Below, in pieces: positions 14,191-15,110 of a stretch of DNA of 15,110 nt. Position numbers and translations under genes: made by a program. Source of the DNA: Bacteriovoracia bacterium (GTDB lineage: Bacteria > Bdellovibrionota > Bacteriovoracia > Bacteriovoracales > Bacteriovoracaceae). Under the pieces are notes generated by a model. The model saw only the letters and a program-made list of their open reading frames with translations, did no database searches and was not told the DNA's origin. Within the stretch, counting starts at the first letter, position 1; each line of letters opens with the position of its first letter. The stretch is from assembly GCA_046570105.1 (NCBI GenBank), contig JBKHVI010000061.1:1-15110 (forward strand). The letters are read 5' to 3'.

Positions 14191-15036
14191 ATGAAAAAAT
14201 TTTTGATTCCTCTCACTCTTTCAGGTTTTATGGTGGGCTGTGCAACACATAAACCGGTGTCGCATCTTCCAGCAAAATGGCGTGTAGATGACAAGGCCGT
14301 TACCACGGGCATGCCCAATTACCCCTTAGCACCTGAAGTTTTCGCGCGAGTGCAAAAACAAGTACCAGGCCGTGCTCCAGCTTCTACTGATCAAGAGCTC
14401 GCTCAAGCGATTGAGGCCGATGAGAAAAAACCATCCCTTCGTCGCATGTATTTCCGCTCGCTCTATCAATCATGGCAGCAAGTGGCACAAATGAGTGATC
14501 GTTCAACAGAGATGCGTTCATGCCCACAATTTCACCATGACAAAGTCGTGATGGACGAGAAATCTGAGCCTCGTATGCCATTTAGTTTTGGTGCCAAACC
14601 TAGTGCTGAGCATTTGCCGTTCTATCCGGAGTGGGCACTTCAGGTGAAAACAGCAGCGGGCGTCTCGCCAGTGTGGCAGGTGGGCCAAAAGAAAATGATT
14701 AAGCGAGCGATGGCGTCACATGAGTTTAAACTTCGTCGTGAACTTAAGTCGCTCTGTGAAGAAGGGGCGAGTGATAGTTACTTCCGTTTAGAGAATATGG
14801 TGACATATTTCAGTAATAAAGAGGGATTGCAGACAGATAAAGGCATGACAGCATTGCTGAAAATTCCTGTTTTCTCAACCATGCTATTAGTGAAGTCGGT
14901 GCAAGGTTCTCCTAGTGTCAATTTTTCGGCGCATGATCAGGAGCTTTTAACAGCTGTTAAAGGTTTCCAACTTCAAAACTATATTGTTGAATTGAAAAAA
15001 GAGCGTTTGAAAGAGCTCACCGGTTCAACTCGTTAG
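14191..15036 (+). CDS. Hypothetical lipoprotein
   Basis: MKK start, hydrophobic stretch and lipobox MVGC; RAPAS motif; 281-aa open frame. No family recognised. Confidence 0.8.
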   Translation: MKKFLIPLTLSGFMVGCATHKPVSHLPAKWRVDDKAVTTGMPNYPLAPEVFARVQKQVPGRAPASTDQELAQAIEADEKKPSLRRMYFRSLYQSWQQVAQMSDRSTEMRSCPQFHHDKVVMDEKSEPRMPFSFGAKPSAEHLPFYPEWALQVKTAAGVSPVWQVGQKKMIKRAMASHEFKLRRELKSLCEEGASDSYFRLENMVTYFSNKEGLQTDKGMTALLKIPVFSTMLLVKSVQGSPSVNFSAHDQELLTAVKGFQLQNYIVELKKERLKELTGSTR

Positions 15037-15046
15037 TGGGAGTTTT

Positions 15047-15110
15047 ATGAAGTGGTTACTTGGATTAATTATTTGGCAGTTGGTTGTGGCAAAAGTCCAA
15101 GCGTCACCTC
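15047..15110 (+). CDS. 5' end of a probable exported protein, truncated by the window edge
   Basis: SD GGGAG (15038-15042), ATG 15047, MKWLLGLIIWQLVVAKVQASP, which is signal-peptide-like. Confidence 0.6.
   Translation, partial: MKWLLGLIIWQLVVAKVQASP

Noticed and set aside
972..14581. Numerous 60-150 aa ORFs antisense to or nested in the main genes (e.g. 3852-4307, 8981-9262, 10503-10832, 11667-12107)
   Set aside because: Shadow frames of well-supported genes, with no motifs or translation signals.

Overview
Bacterial chromosomal window of mostly housekeeping and envelope genes. Gene style, including an RxPAS motif after a lipoprotein signal, suggests Bdellovibrionota, possibly Bacteriovoracaceae (inference only). 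Left to right: the 5' end of riboflavin synthase (minus); an unannotated 26-aa hydrophobic ORF inside a highly structured ~200-nt cassette; a minus-strand operon of XerC/D-like tyrosine recombinase with a degenerate active site, ribD and a small membrane protein; a divergent rnc-era-der operon, with a ~120-aa acidic insert inside the second GTPase domain of Der; a long hairpin; a secreted protein with a DxDxDG motif; a minus-strand operon of two outer-membrane beta-barrels and a permuted NlpC/P60 enzyme; a divergent yfgM-like/bamB-like pair; a CPD/CPE-like M14 carboxypeptidase; an EVE-domain protein; a hypothetical lipoprotein; and a truncated ORF. The best candidates for novelty are (1) a TisB/DinQ-like type I toxin cassette between ribD and riboflavin synthase, (2) the probably catalytically dead Xer-like protein translationally coupled to ribD, (3) the Der insertion, and (4) four apparently leaderless sigma70 promoters. 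No rRNA, tRNA, CRISPR array or transposase was seen. All calls are by eye, with no database searches.
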